Shown one piece after another: positions 29,550 to 45,699 of a stretch of DNA of 64,000 nucleotides. The DNA comes from the human T2T-CHM13v2.0 reference genome, Homo sapiens: NCBI RefSeq assembly GCF_009914755.1, contig NC_060932.1; one strand, 5' to 3'. The notes beneath the pieces are model-generated. The model was given only the letters and a program-made list of their open reading frames with translations. It was not told the DNA's origin and did not search any database. Position 1 is the stretch's first letter. Each line of letters begins with the position of its first letter. The position numbers and the translations under genes were made by a program.

Positions 29550-32500
29550 CTATATGTGCATATGTACTTGCTACATGACTTCAGAACAAATTGGGTCCTG
29601 GGATTACAGGTGTAAACCACTGTACCAAGCCCAAGGTACTTTTATCTTGAGACTCTGGTATCTTTTAGGCCAGACTTTGGATTCTGCTGCTTTCAGCCTT
29701 TTCAAGAGGAAAGAGTCTGGAGAAGACCTATCTGCTTCTTAATATCCCCAGGCTGGAAGTGATACATATTCCTCTGATCAAATTTCATTGAGGAGAACTA
29801 TTTGCAGGGATATTACTTATGACTTAGAAGTTAAATCTCAGTAGCAATTCCACATTCCTGAAGTGGGAGCACAAATTATTGATGGATAGCTAGCTTCTCT
29901 GCCATACAGGTGTTCTTTCTTATTAATGTATCAATCCATTCTTAAATGGATTATGCTTCAAAGTATTATTTTGTTAATAACCTTCAAGATAGCTGATGTT
30001 TATATTTTATTACAGAAAACGTGATCATTAGAGAGCCTTTATTTCATTTTAATTTGACTGAATTTCAAATTATTGTTTAGTGGAGACAGGCTGTTTATTT
30101 CCCTAAATGTGTATCACTATTTGAATAATATGCTAGAGCAGCTCATTGAGGGCTATTTTTGCCCTCAAAGAGTTAACTGTTTAGGATAGGAGCCTTTTAA
30201 ACTATCAATCACAGTACAAAGCCAAAGGAAGATGAGCTCTAATGAACCACAAGTAATATCTTTTGGGCACTAAAAGGAGGGAGTTGTCATGTCCAGGTGT
30301 GTGTGGCTTCTGAACACACACATGAAACAGAGGCAAGACAGATCAAAAATGAAAGTATGGGAGATAATATAAGAGACAAATAGTAGCCAAAAATAAATCT
30401 GTATCTTTCATATAAAAATGAGGCAAAAATAAGAAAACTAAAGACAAAAAACATTAATGGAGATAGGTAATAAAGATACTAAATTATAATAAAATATATA
30501 GTTCTCCAGAAGATACACATTGACTTTGTATGGACCTAACAATGTGACTTTGAAATGTCATAAATCAAGCAGGGAAAAAAAATCTCCAGATTAGTTCACT
30601 GGATATCAAAATTTTGTTTTAGTAGATACATGTAAACTCTGCACTAGGCACATAAGACAGTATACATTTCTTTTGATGCACACATTGAGTATCTACAGAT
30701 ATTAACAAAGACTTGGTTGAAAAGGAAGTCTTGAGAAATTTCAAAGCATCACTATCATGTATCTTTCTCTCTGACCACAATGTGATTAAATTAGATTATA
30801 ATTATTGATGTGGTTGTATTTACTTCTGCCATTTCATTTGTTGTTTTTCTTTGTTCACTCTGTTTTTTGTTCCTGTTTCCCATCTCATGCCTACTATTTA
30901 CTTTTTAAGAGCCCTGAAGTAGCTGCTCCATACATTCTCTCCAGGTTTTATGGCTTCAGTCACTGGGAAAGACAGGGTGGAGTGTTTACTTTATCTTATC
31001 CAGAACTGAAACCGGTTAACATTGTGGTGTACAACCTTTTAGAGAGTCTTTTCTTCCTTTACACACACACACTCACACATATGCACACAAAAACAATTTG
31101 TTATAACCTAAATTTTTCATTTAATGTTATGCCAAAAACATGTTTCCAGGCCATTCACATTTTTTACGTTGTTATTTCAATCAGTGGCATACAATCCTGT
31201 TGTATAACTCTTCTACAGTTTATTTAACCAGTCCTTTTTTTGGTTTGATATTTAGGTTATTTGTTATTTTTAGTTTTGTAAAATGCTTTAGCAAACATAT
31301 GTAGGTAAGTCTTTGCATACACCTCTGCTTATATCTTTAGGAAAACTCCTTTCCAATTTATAGAGTCAAAATTTGTGAGCACTTTTAAGGTTTTTGGCAT
31401 AAAATGGCTAAATTACTCTGTGGAAAGTTTGTAACAATACTTTATTCCAATCACATTTTTAGTGTAATGCTGTTTTTTATTATTAAAAAAATCTCTTAAA
31501 ACTTTTATAGGTGGAAAATGCTATCATACATTTTATTGCTAATTGGGATTTCCATCTTTACCATTTTCTTTTTATACTTTTTTGTTAGGAAAGCTAATTT
31601 TTATATTTTGTTAGCTGACCAGTATTCAGTATTTTTTAGTCGCTTCTTTTGGAGTTTCTATATAAAAAGTACTGTCATCTTTGTGAAATGACTTTTTTCC
31701 CTCCTTTGCAATACTTATACACTAATTTCTCTTTTTTCCCTTTATTTCATTGTCTAGAACTTCTGTGACCATCTTAAATAATATAGTATCACCAACTCAC
31801 ATCGGTTTTTTTAGCTCCTACAGTAATTGCCCAAAATTATTATCTAGTTATTAAATCTGATGTTTTTAATTCATATTTTATTGGGCCTGTCTATAACATT
31901 GACAGTAAAGATTTTTTATTCTTGCCCTTTTAACAAAGTTTTTATTTTGAAACAATTTCAGCATTTCATAAAAGACAAGAACATTCTAAAGAACTTATTT
32001 TCCCTTTAACCATTTGAGCATAAATTTCCTATCTGATGCTACATAATGCTCAAATAAATTTTACACCAAAAACTTGACTACGATGTTTTTATGTACTGTA
32101 ACCAAGTCATCAACCGTGGCATTTCTGATTATGAGCAGCTTGGCTTCCCAGTGACCACATCAAGATGAATCAATTGCAGATGGTGTCTCTTTGTAACCAA
32201 AATTTTTTGATACATGCCATTTAAGACTATCAGAGAAATAAATAAGATACAGTCTTTTTTCTCTAGGACTTCACAGTTTATCAGAGAAGATAAGCATACA
32301 TATACATAAAAAATGACTAATAGTAACATAAGCCCAAGAAAAGTGGTAGAGACATTTCTCTTTAATGTTGAGGTGTAGGATGGAGGACATTGGAGAAGAC
32401 AATATAAGGCAGAGGAAAATTATACTGCACCTGAACAAGAAGTGCGAATGGACAAAAAGTATTGTAAAAAGGAGGAAGAACACGAGTAAAGTTAGTGAAA

Positions 32501-33020
32501 ATTAGTGTTTTCATCTGGGCCTGTGGATATAGATGTATGTTTGGAAGAAGGGGTTATATGAGGTATGGGGAGAGGTAGATAATAAGAATTTCTGGAGAAA
32601 GGTTGACTAGTAGCAGGCTGTTTTAGAGCCATCTAATATTACATCTTGTAGGTTCTCATCCTTAGTGTGACTTTCTATTTTCAGATGCGTGTGGAGTAGA
32701 CCCGGATGATGAACAAATATACTCCCAGGGAGTCTCTAAGTATGGAGTGATGAGAGCTATTAGATCTACTTGACACTATCTTGTACCTTGCTTAGAACTA
32801 AGTTACTGTGAGGGATTATAGAGACGGTTTGTCATTTATTCCACTGATAAGTTTCTGTTACTTATTTTGACATTGCATTTTTAGTAAGGAAACAGTGATA
32901 GTCTTCTACAGAAGTAGTTCTTTCGATATTTGATTCTTTTACTTTGGTGAAGTGGCTTATTCATCTCAATTTGTATGTCAGTTTTATAATACAAAATGGA
33001 AAGAAAAAAAAATATATATA

Positions 33021-33306
33021 TTTTGAGACACGGTTTCACTCCTGTCACCCAGGCTGGAGTGTGATGGTGCAACTTTGGCTCACTGCAACCTCCGCCTCTG
33101 GTGCTCAAGCGATTCTCTTGCCTTAGCCTCCTGAGTAGCTGGGACTAAAGGCACATGCCACGACACCCAGTTAATTTTTGTATTTTTGTAGAGACGGGGT
33201 TTTACCATGTTGCCCAGGCTGATCTCGAACCCCTGAGCTCAAATGATCTGTCTGCTTCGGCCTCCCAAAGTGCTGGGATTATAGGTGTAAGCCACCATGC
33301 CCAGCC
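33021..33306 (-). mobile_element. Alu (AluJ/S-like)
   Basis: Antisense dimeric Alu. Confidence 0.9.
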
Positions 33307-33446
33307 AGAAAATATTTTTAAAAAGATGAACAATCCATCAGTAGTGTTCTATCAGTTAAAATACATATTGTGTTTTGTTTCTATTACTTTGCATTATACT
33401 TCTATGCTATTTTTGATACTGTTTTAAAGATAATAAAAACTCATGA

Positions 33447-33772
<326 letters not shown>

Positions 33773-33847
33773 GTTCCCTGTTCATGACAGGTTTTTGAGA
33801 AATAGGGAAACCAATATTAGTCATGCTCACTTGACTTCTTGGAAACA

Positions 33848-34148
33848 TTTTTATTTATTTATTTTTTAGATGGAGTCTTGCTCTGTCGCCCAGGCTGGAG
33901 TGCAGTGGCACGATCCCGGCTCACTGCAAGCTCCGCCTCCTGGGTTCACACCATCCTCCTGCTTCAGCCTCCTGAGTAGCTGGGACTACAGGTGCCTGCC
34001 ACCACGCCCGGCTAATTTTTTTGTATTTTTAGTAGAGACAGGGTTTCACCGTGTCAGCCAGGATGGTCTCCATCTTTTGACCTTGTGATCTGCCTGCCTT
34101 GGCCTCCCAAAGTGCTGGGATTACAGGCGTGAGCCACCGTGCTTGGCC
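33848..34148 (-). mobile_element. AluY
   Basis: ctgcaagctccgcc, gggttcacacca and caccgtgtcagccaggatggtc diagnostics. Confidence 0.9.
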
Positions 34149-35669
34149 CCATTTTTGTTTTTAAAATCTGCATTGAGTAGTAATAATATGGGGTTATGTA
34201 CATTCTAAGGTTAAAATGTTGATACTTACAATTTCTTTTGGAGGTCTCATTTATTAAGAATTATTTTAGCATCTACTCATGGAAGAGTAATTGTTACTTT
34301 AAATCTATTAATATTTTGAATGTTAATTTTATAGCATGTGATAATTGGCACTCTAAAAGCTGCTAATAGTTTCTATATAGGAGAAAACCTCGAATCTAAG
34401 TTGTATTACATTTCTTTCCTATTTGCATCATTGGGAATGAATGAAGGAGTTGGGTTTTGCACACGTTATGGTTGAATAGATTTAAGTAAGTCTTCTCTCA
34501 GCAGGCTTTAGTGTAGGTGTTAACAATGTCAGATGCTGACAGAAGTTGATTATGTTTTGTCCAGTAAAATTCTGGGTTAAAGAATACAACCATATGGTTA
34601 TTTCATGAAATAGCTAAAATTTTAATTACCTTTTAAATAGTTTTCTTTAATAGTGGAAATGCATTACCTTTTAGTTAGCTTTTTACAGTGGAAAAGATTA
34701 ATTTTTTTTTCTCCTGGCTTTTAAAATGCTTTTTATAAAGTGTTATTTATATTTTTAACTAAATTACTCAATAATGTATCCATGTACACACTTACATGAG
34801 AAACATAAGTGAGATTATGGAGTATTCCTCAGTAGCATGAAATTAAAAGAAAAATTTTGGAGATTCTAAGCAAGCCATGGAGAAATAGAATGTTCATTAA
34901 TTACTTTTAGTGTTTGGAGTTAACCTGTATTTCTGTTTCTTTTTCCTATTTCCCTGTGTTCTTATTCTACTTTTATACATTCTCCTTCCTTCCATACTTT
35001 TGTTTTTTCATTTTTCTGTCTTCTTCATGGTAGTATTTTAAAAATATTTCTTTAACTCTTCCTGTCTACATTTTCTTCTTCATTCATATTTTCCCCTCTA
35101 CTCTATTTTAACATTAAATATTAGTAAGTGAGTAGAGTTGAATCCATTATGATGGTCATGTTTCTTCTATCCGAGGCATAACTTTTAAATATTTTTATGG
35201 CTAAACTAGGAAGAGATGAAGGTAGCTGGTTTAAAAAGAGGCTTAAGCTTAAAGAAGACCATCTTCTAATATACTGTATAATCAGCATATAGTAACATTG
35301 CTTCATTTTGGAAAATGTTTATATAATACAATAAGCAAAAATCAAACAAAGTACTTGTAGAATAGGATAATCATTGTATGGGATCTAATATTATGTTATC
35401 AAAAATATATATGGTCTTTGTGGTTTCTCTTAGTATATGAATACTTCACTATAGAACTTCTTGATAATGACGTTTGTTGGGGTCGATCTGCTACTTATTA
35501 CCTGTGTCACTTTGGCAAGCCTTTTAACCTATCTGAACTTCAGTTTCTCTTTGGGAAATATGCTAAATAATAACCACCTTTCTCATACATTAAGTTCAAT
35601 AACACTTTAAGAAATAATTATTTACTGAGAGATTTGTGGCTAATTAAATTCTTTTTTTCTATTTTATAG

Positions 35670-35837
35670 GTTATGTGCAGAGTCTGATTAGACGAGTTGT
35701 AAATAATGTAAACATTGTGATAAATAATCTCATACTAAAATATGTTGAAGATGATATCGTCCTTTCCGTCAATATCACTTCTGCAGAATGTTATACAGTA
35801 GGTGAATTATGGGATCGTGCATTCATGGATATTTCTG
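35670..35837 (+). CDS. VPS13B: VPS13B coding exon (exon 5), 168 nt, phase 1 to 1
   Basis: ttttatag|GT...TCTG|gtgagt; (G)YVQSLIRRVVNNVNIVINNLILKYVEDDIVLSVNITSAECYTVGELWDRAFMDIS continues the exon 4 frame. Confidence 0.97.
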
Positions 35838-35920
35838 GTGAGTAAATATGGAGAATACCGTATATTTTTCCATAATTGAAACAATTACCTTAACTCTTAA
35901 CCCTTCTTTGGGCCAACTGA

Positions 35921-36652
<732 letters not shown>

Positions 36653-36729
36653 TATACTTGTTTTTTAATACTTTTAATTTTCATTCTTTCTTACTTGCCA
36701 CATGCTTGTTTCAAATGTGATGTATAATA

Positions 36730-37067
36730 CAGTCATGCATTGCTTAACAACAGGGACATATTCTGAGAAATGCATCTTAGGCGATTTTGTTGTTATGCAA
36801 ACATCATAGAGTGTACTTACACAAACCTAGATGGTATAGCCAGTACACAACCTCAGGTATATGGTATTGGCTATTATTGCTCCTAGGCTGCAAACCTGTA
36901 CAGCATGTTACTGTGCTGAGTATTGTAGATAGTTGTAACACAGTGGTATTTGTGTATCTAAAAACAGAAAAGGTATAGTAAAAATATAGTATTATAATCT
37001 TATGGGACAGCCATCATAGATATATAGTCTGTTGTTGACTTAGGTATTGTTATGCAGTGCATGACTA
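36730..37067. mobile_element. Tigger3a/MER7-like TcMar MITE
   Basis: TA-flanked inverted ends cagtcatgcattgcttaac...gttatgcagtgcatgacta; internal ttctgagaaatgcatc. Confidence 0.85.
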
Positions 37068-37116
37068 TATTTTATAGTGCCATGGGTTGTAGCAATAAAA
37101 GTTAAATGATATTTAG

Positions 37117-37651
<535 letters not shown>

Positions 37652-38083
37652 TGATTATCCTGAAGCCTGTTTTTATCTCTTTTTAATGTTTAGTCATATA
37701 TTCCTTTATTCATCATAAATCCCAGTTAAAGGGTTAAAGCAAAGTGAAATTGAGTCTCAAGAGTATTTAACTTGCCTGATTAAGGCATACAACTAGGAAG
37801 TAGCAGAACTGGAATAGAGTTTTATTATTATGTGTTTTCTAAGCTTTAGTCTTCACATTTAACAAAAGGAGAGTAGTCCTGATTTTACAACTTTGTTGTG
37901 AGCATAAAAGTGTAGGTAAGGCCCAAGCATCATTTCTTATATATCGTTAATGCCTCCTTTGCATCTTCTGTGGAAAGAAATATTTGATTAAAAGGCTGGA
38001 AGAAGCAGCTATGGAAAATAGAAAACAAATAGAACTGGACAATGTAGGATTGTATTAATGAGTTGACATTTGTGGTGAAGAAA

Positions 38084-38395
<312 letters not shown>

Positions 38396-38814
38396 AGAAA
38401 TTTAATTTTAGTATAGAAGCAATTTAGTATGGTATAGAAATTTAATTTAGTATAGAAGCAATGCCAGTTTTACTTTGGGAAATTATTTATAGTGAATTAG
38501 AATTCTGGATCAGGAGTTGGAAGATCTTAGTTTGAATCTTCTCTCCACTGCTAATTTACAGTGCAAACTTGGGTGAGTCATTTATAAAATGACTGCTTCT
38601 AACTTGCCAGTGTACTCTTCAGAAGCAAATATACCATATGAAAGCTCATGATGATGGTGGTGATAAAGACAGTGAAAATAGTATCTTCTGTTTATTTAGT
38701 ACCAGGGCTAGTGTTACATATTTTATATTAATTATCTTGTTTAACCCTTTAACTCTCTGAGGAAGAAACTATTATTTTCCCTTTTATTAGTTTTTTTTTA
38801 AATAATTTTTTTTA

Positions 38815-39255
<441 letters not shown>

Positions 39256-40547
39256 TCAAGAAATTGAACAATATCAGCACCCAGAAGTGCTTGTTGTACA
39301 TATACTCACTTACTACTGCCCCTTCTTTCCCCAAAGCAACCACTTTACTGACATCTGACACCATAGTAGGGTTTGGACTCTTTTTAAATTTTTGTATGAA
39401 TGGAACCATATGTATTTTGGGCCTAGATTATTTTGCTCAATATTATGTAAATGAAATTTATTCAGGTTTTCGTCTGTAACAATAGTTCAGTTCTGCGTGT
39501 ATATATCTATTCCCTCTCCCTGCACAATCAGGTGAGCAAGGGTTGGGGTTCTGCCTGCACTGGTCTTTCCTGGATATATGTGGGATGGCGAGTTTGCAGG
39601 TCTGGTCTGTGTTGTGAATAAAACATTTTTTTGCTCAGTGTACCATTGATATAGATTTAATTATGTCCAGTTTTGGCTATAATGAATAATGCTATAGCGA
39701 ACATTTTCATACATGTCCTTTGGTGGACATATACATACATTTCTGTTGGGTATATGCCTAGGAGTGAAATTACTGGGTCATAGTGTAGGCCTATGTTAAG
39801 CTTCAGAGATACTGACAAATAGTTTTTTCATAATAGTAATGCCATTTTTTTACTAACAAGTAATGCACGAGGCTGTATTAAAATATTGCAGTTAAAATAA
39901 GAATTGTAATATCTTTGTGAGGGTAAAAAGGCAAGCCACAGATGGAAGTGTATATTCTTGATACTTAAAATTTGCAACATACTTATATCCACAATATATA
40001 ACTTCTATAAATCAATAAGAAAAGAATAGACAACTCAGTAGAAAAATGGACAAGAGACTTGAACAAACACGTAAAAAAGAGTATACCCCAAAGACCAATA
40101 AACATAAGATGTTCAATTAACACCAAATCAGATTGCACTAAATACTTGCCATAATGGATTAAAAAATAAAATAATTGGGCCATCTATCTATTCCTTCTCC
40201 TTTAACTCATTCCTTCCCCTTACGTATTTTTTTTTTATAATTTCCAAGACTTTTATTTCAGTATAAAGGTCTTCAGAATATCTAATCTTTTCTACTATTA
40301 GAGGCAGAATCCTATCATCTCCCATGTGGTTGACATTCAAGTTGTTCTAAAATATTGACATTGCCCATAGTGCTGGAATGTACATCCTTTTTTATGTTTC
40401 CTTGTTACGTGTTTGAATTCTGTAAATTATGATCAGGAAAAGAATAACTGCATATGTAAACATTCAGTTATGTTTTATATTGCTGAATTGTTCTCTAAAA
40501 TGATTAAATCAATTTATTACCATCCATACTATCTGTGAGAATTAATA

Positions 40548-41760
40548 TTTCTTTTTATTCCTTTCCAAGTTGTATTTTAGGTTGAGAGGGTACATGTGCA
40601 GGTCTGTTACTTGGGTAAATTGCATGTTGCATGCATTTGGTGTACAGATTATTCTGTCACTCAAGTAATGAGCATAGTACCTAATGGTTAGTCTTTTGAT
40701 TCTTACCTTGCTCCCACCCTCCACCCTCAAGTAGGCCTTGGTATTTATTGTTGCCTTCTTTGTGTCCATGTATACTCAGTGCTTAGCTCCCACTTATAAT
40801 TGAGAACATGCAGTGTTTGGTTTTCTGTTCCTGCATAATTTGCCTAGGATAATGCCCTCCAGCTCTATCCATATTGCTGCAAAGGACATGATTTCATCCT
40901 TTTTTATGGCTATGTAGTATTCGATGGTGGATACGTCTTGTATTTTCTTTATCTACTTCACTGTTGTTGGGCATCTAGGTTGATTCCATGTCTTTGCTAT
41001 TGTGTATAGTGCTGCAATGAACATACACATGTGCGTGTCTTTATGGTAGAAAGATTTATATTCATAAGCGTGTTGCCTATGCTTTTGAGGTCTTAGTCAT
41101 AAATTCTTTGCCTAGACCAATGTCAGGTCTTACATTTAAGTCTTTAATCTATCTCGAGTTGATTTTTTTAAATAGTGAGAGATAAGGGTCTAGGTTTGTT
41201 CTTCTGCATATAGATATCCAGTTTTCCCAGCACCATTTATTGAAGAGACTGTTCTTTTCCTCAGTGTGTTTTCTTGGCCCCTATATAGAAAATCAGTTGG
41301 CTGTAAATGCATGGATTCATTTCTGGGTTTTTGATTTTATTCCATTGGGCTATGTGTCTTTTTTTATGCCAGTACCGTACTGTTTTGGTTATTATTGCTT
41401 TTAGTATATTTTAAAGTCAGGGAGTATGATGCCTCTAGCTGTGTTCTTTTTGCTTGGGGTTGCTTTGAGTATTTAGGGTCTTTGTGGTTCCATAAAAATT
41501 TTAGGATTGTTTTTTCTTATGTCTGTGAAAAAATGTCATTGGTATTTTGATAGGGATTGCATTGATTTCGTAGATTGCTTTGGATAGTATGGAAATGATT
41601 TTGGAAGAATTCCCTCCACTTCAATTTTTTGGAACAGTTTGTGAATATTGGTATTAGTTCTTTAAATGTTTGGTAGAATATGACAGTGAATCCAAAGGTC
41701 TTAGGCTTTTCTTTGATTGCTTTTTCCAGGTTTTGGAAGTTTTCTCTATTTCTTTGAATA
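40548..41760 (-). mobile_element. L1PA15/16-like 3' end plus internally deleted ORF2 relics
   Basis: gggtacatgtgcaggtctgttac...ccctccaccctcaagtaggcc...cccacttata; ORF2-type cagttttcccagcaccatttattgaagagact. Confidence 0.75.
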
Positions 41761-42091
41761 AGCTTCCTAACCTCTTTTTAAAAATAGTATTCTTATATGT
41801 TGTATTTTGGGTTTGTTGTTTTCAATCAATACTATGCTTTTAATATTTCTATATATTGGTGTATATAGTTGTAGAGCCCTAATTTCAGTGATGAATAATA
41901 TTTTACTGATTAAATTGTAGCACATTTCTAAAGTAAGTACCAGAAACTAGAATTCATTTTCTAAGTTTTTGAAATATAGTTGCTGTTATATTTTGTGTTT
42001 AAGAAAAAATACCTTTAAAACAGTAATGTCCTCTTTCACTGAATAATAATTGTCTAGGGTCTAGGGTATCCTTGAAATTTGAATACTTCAC

Positions 42092-42395
42092 TTTTTCTTT
42101 CTTTCTTTTTTTTTTTTAAGAGAGAGTCTTAACTCTGTTGTTCAGGCTGGAGTGCAGTGGTGTGATCTTGGCTCACTGCAAGCTCCACCCCTGGGTTCAA
42201 GCCATTCTTGTGCCTCAGTCACCTGAGTAGCTGTGATTTTCTGCATTTGCCACCACACCCAGCTAATTGTTGTATTTGTAGTAGAGATGGTGTTTCACCA
42301 CTTTGCCCAGGCTGGTTTTGAACTCCTGGCCTCAAGCAATCCGCCTAGGCCTCCCAAAGTGCTGGGATTATAGGCATGAACCACCATGCCTGGCC
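42092..42395 (-). mobile_element. Alu
   Basis: Antisense dimeric Alu. Confidence 0.9.
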
Positions 42396-42414
42396 TGAAT
42401 AGCTTACATTCTTA

Positions 42415-42640
42415 TAGCAAAGTAGATAAGAACATGCACTCTGCAGTAAGGTTGCCAGAGTTTGAATTACAGCTCTGATCTTTATAAACTGTATAACAAT
42501 AGACAGACTATTACCACTGTGCCTCAGTTTTCACATTTTTTAACAGGACCGTGTAAATATTGTCAGATAAGAGATGTAAAAGACTTAGTGTAGTATCTGA
42601 GTAATAGCAAATACTCAGAAAATGATAATTGTTATCATAA
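42415..42640 (+). mobile_element. MIR
   Basis: gagtttgaattacagctctg...ctgtgcctcagtttt...gtaatagcaaatactcagaaaatg. Confidence 0.6.
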
Positions 42641-43175
42641 AGAGAGGGAAGGAAACATCTACAGGATATCTTTTTTTTTCTCATTTCTGGTCCTACTATT
42701 GTAATTTCTTAATTTGTGTACATATATAATATTAGTAACTAAATCATTATTCATATAATATGTAAATTTGAAATATGGTAGTCATATGTCTTTTTCAACT
42801 AACAGACAACTTTGAAATTTATCTGCAAATAATACTGTTTAGACACATCTTCTTTAATTTCTACTTTTTAAAAACTTATAAAATAAAATGTTGAATTAAT
42901 TAGAAGTTGCCAGGATATACTCAGAAATAGTGTTATAACCTGAACTAAAACACATTTTATTGTTTTTTAAATTCCCATGGCTAACTTAAAATCACTGGGC
43001 AAGTAGATTTGGGCCTGATATTTACCTAGGAATTGCTTATCAGTTAAGAAATAAGAAATATTGATTTGCTAAAGGCTTCATTTCATACTTTTATACTTTA
43101 CCATCAATTGTTTTATTTTTATTCCTTTGAAAATATACTCTAGAGTGTTATTGGTGATTTCTTTATTAATTAATG

Positions 43176-43380
43176 TGGTGGTGTCCACTAGACCTTTCTG
43201 TGATAATACAAGTGTTTTATATCTTCTCTCTCCAATATGGTAGCCACTAGCCACATGTGGCTGTTGAGCACTTGAAATATAGCTAGTGCAACCAAGGACC
43301 TTAATTTTTATTTTTATATAATTTTAATTAATTTAAATAGCCACATATGGCTGGTGGCTACCATATTGGATAGTGCAAGT
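43176..43380. mobile_element. MER3-like hAT/Charlie MITE
   Basis: Internal inverted repeat tccaatatggtagccactagccacatgtggct / agccacatatggctggtggctaccatattgga. Confidence 0.8.
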
Positions 43381-43529
43381 TTAGAGTAGCAGTGAGTTTT
43401 TTTTAATATAAAATGAATGTTAAATGAATGACTTCTTCAAAAAATTATCTTTAATGTGGATTCTTAAGAATTTTATTGTTATCTCATTGTGTAAGAGAAC
43501 TGTAGTGAAATTTTTCATAATTAAAAAAA

Positions 43530-43712
43530 ATTTGTAGTTAATGTGCCATGCAGATTGGGGCAAACTAATTAGGTCTCTGATTCTTCATATATAAAATGGG
43601 GAGAATTGTGCCTATTTCATAAAGTTGTTGGAAGATTTAAATTGTATAATAAAATGAAAAGTTCATTGCATATGGTCTGGCATTATGTATTAAATGCTCC
43701 ATGAATCTTATT
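43530..43712 (+). mobile_element. MIR, upstream of exon 6
   Basis: ttggggcaaactaatt...cttcatatataaaatgggga...ttgttggaagatttaa. Confidence 0.55.
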
Positions 43713-43814
43713 TTCTGTTATTATTAATTTTATTACTATTTATACTAATAAATAATAGTTGCCTTTCCCCTGCTAATTTTCCTTTTTACTTAAAATGTTT
43801 TTTTTTCTTTTTAG

Positions 43815-43996
43815 CAACTGATTTGGTGCTGAGAAAGGTTATCAATTTTTCTGACTGTACAGTTTGTCTTGATAAACGGAATGCCAGTGGTAAAATAGAA
43901 TTTTACCAGGATCCTTTATTATACAAATGTTCCTTCAGAACTCGTCTTCATTTTACATATGAAAACCTAAATTCCAAGATGCCATCTGTTATTAAA
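43815..43996 (+). CDS. VPS13B: VPS13B coding exon (exon 6), 182 nt, phase 1 to 0
   Basis: poly-Y ttag|CA...AAA|gtaggt; (A)TDLVLRKVINFSDCTVCLDKRNASGKIEFYQDPLLYKCSFRTRLHFTYENLNSKMPSVIK. Confidence 0.97.
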
Positions 43997-44518
43997 GTAG
44001 GTATCTCTTTTTTTTGCAGTTAAGTTGCATGTCTTTATTTTGTTTATTGACTCTTGTGGATGCTAATCATTATTAACAAATGAAGAAATTAACCTTGTAA
44101 ATATGTATGCCATTTGTTTTTATAAAAATTTTATTTATGTTTATGATTTTTATGTTGTATTTATACATTTCTGTATAACGTATTCTACTAGAGTTTAGAG
44201 ACAACTTTTTTCTGTAATTGTTTTTTTTTAGTTTTTCCAGCTGTTTATTAGTGTTTCTCTCTTCAAGTAGATAGAGGAAATAATATTAAAAGGTATATTT
44301 ATACCCACAGTGGACTGCATATCAGTATTCTGTATTTCAGTTCTTATAATCTGTTCAGCATGATCTGCTATCTATACTTTTTCTTCTCTTTACTAGGTGA
44401 CTTCGTAAAGCTTGATATACTAACCTAATAGTTTATTGGTTCAAGAAGTTTTAGCTTTTGATTTATGATTTTTAAAATGTAATTAAAATCTTAGGGAGTT
44501 ATTCAGGACATGTCTTTT

Positions 44519-44760
44519 TATTTTTTATCTGCATTTTCATTTAAGATTAAGGGATTTGTTACAAGGGTATATTGTGTGATGCTTAGGTTTGGGCTCCCAC
44601 TGATACCATCATCCAGATAGTGAACATAGTACCCAAAAGGAAGTTTTTCAGCCCTTTTTTCCTCTCCCTCCTTCCCTCCTTTTAGAATCCACACTGTCTG
44701 TTGTTCCCATCTTTATGTCCATGTGTACCCAAGATTTAGCTTCCACTTCTAAGTGAGAAC
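44519..44760 (-). mobile_element. 5'-truncated L1PA16/17-like 3' end
   Basis: Perfect 15-bp TSD caggacatgtctttt at 44504-44518 and 44760-44774. Confidence 0.8.
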
Positions 44761-45699
44761 AGGACATGTCTTTTGATACATGTGAAAATTTTCTGTCCAA
44801 TGTAGTGTATGTTTTCAATGTATGTGATTAGTATCTAAGCATAAATATTGTTGTCTTATTTAACAGTTTTCTGAACATTGTTTGTCTGCCTATCATTGTA
44901 TCTTGGAAAAAGAATTCAGTGACTTCTGATCCCATTAAGTAGGTTTTAATGTGGAGTAAATGTTTATTGTTGAACTACTTGCCTCTGACTGTCAAAGTTC
45001 TGTAGATGGAAGGGCTGGACTTAGGTGTCTGAACACTGGTATTAACTACTGTTCCTGTTTGAGTATGGCTGTATAAAAATTAGTTTTGTTTTTGTTACCT
45101 TATATTTTATTAAAAATATAGTATTTTCTATTTTACGTAGCCTTACTGTACTTAATATGTAAAATCTACATGTTTTTTTCTTGGTAGTGCTTAGTCACCT
45201 GTGTTTTACTTTTTTCCACACGGTGTATAATGCATATTGGTTTGTTTATATTCTGTTACTTTTTCCTTCTATATTTGAATTAGCTTCTTTGGCAAAGATA
45301 AACATGGAAAAGAATTAACTCAGTAATAGTGATGGCTCTGTCTCAGGGAAATACGCTTATTTTCTATAGCCTTGGGTTTTCTAGTAAATTTGGGGAATGT
45401 GAAGGTAAATTGAAGATACATTGAAAGCAAGTAATGGATATATGGAAGCTTACTATATAAAATACTCTTTTTGATCATTAGTGCAAATGTAATGGTCTAT
45501 TCTAGGATGTGGTTATATTAGAGGAAGGTAAAAATAGATGAGGAAAAACTTAGTGTTGGCATATAAGTAAGTTTGTGTTCTCAAAACTGATTAGTCATTA
45601 CATTTCACTGAAAAAGTCCCTTATCATAAATAAACTTGTATAATAGTTGCCAAATATGTGATATCAATGTGTTATACTCAACTGAAATCAATTTTGGAG

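Noticed and set aside
32670-32890. Strong-looking acceptor ctttctattttcag|ATGCGT as an extra exon
   Set aside because: No convincing downstream donor, and the VPS13B frame is already complete between exons 4 and 5.
38396-38462. Short tandem duplication agaaatttaattttagtatagaagcaat
   Set aside because: Ordinary slippage next to an Alu TSD; no functional signal.
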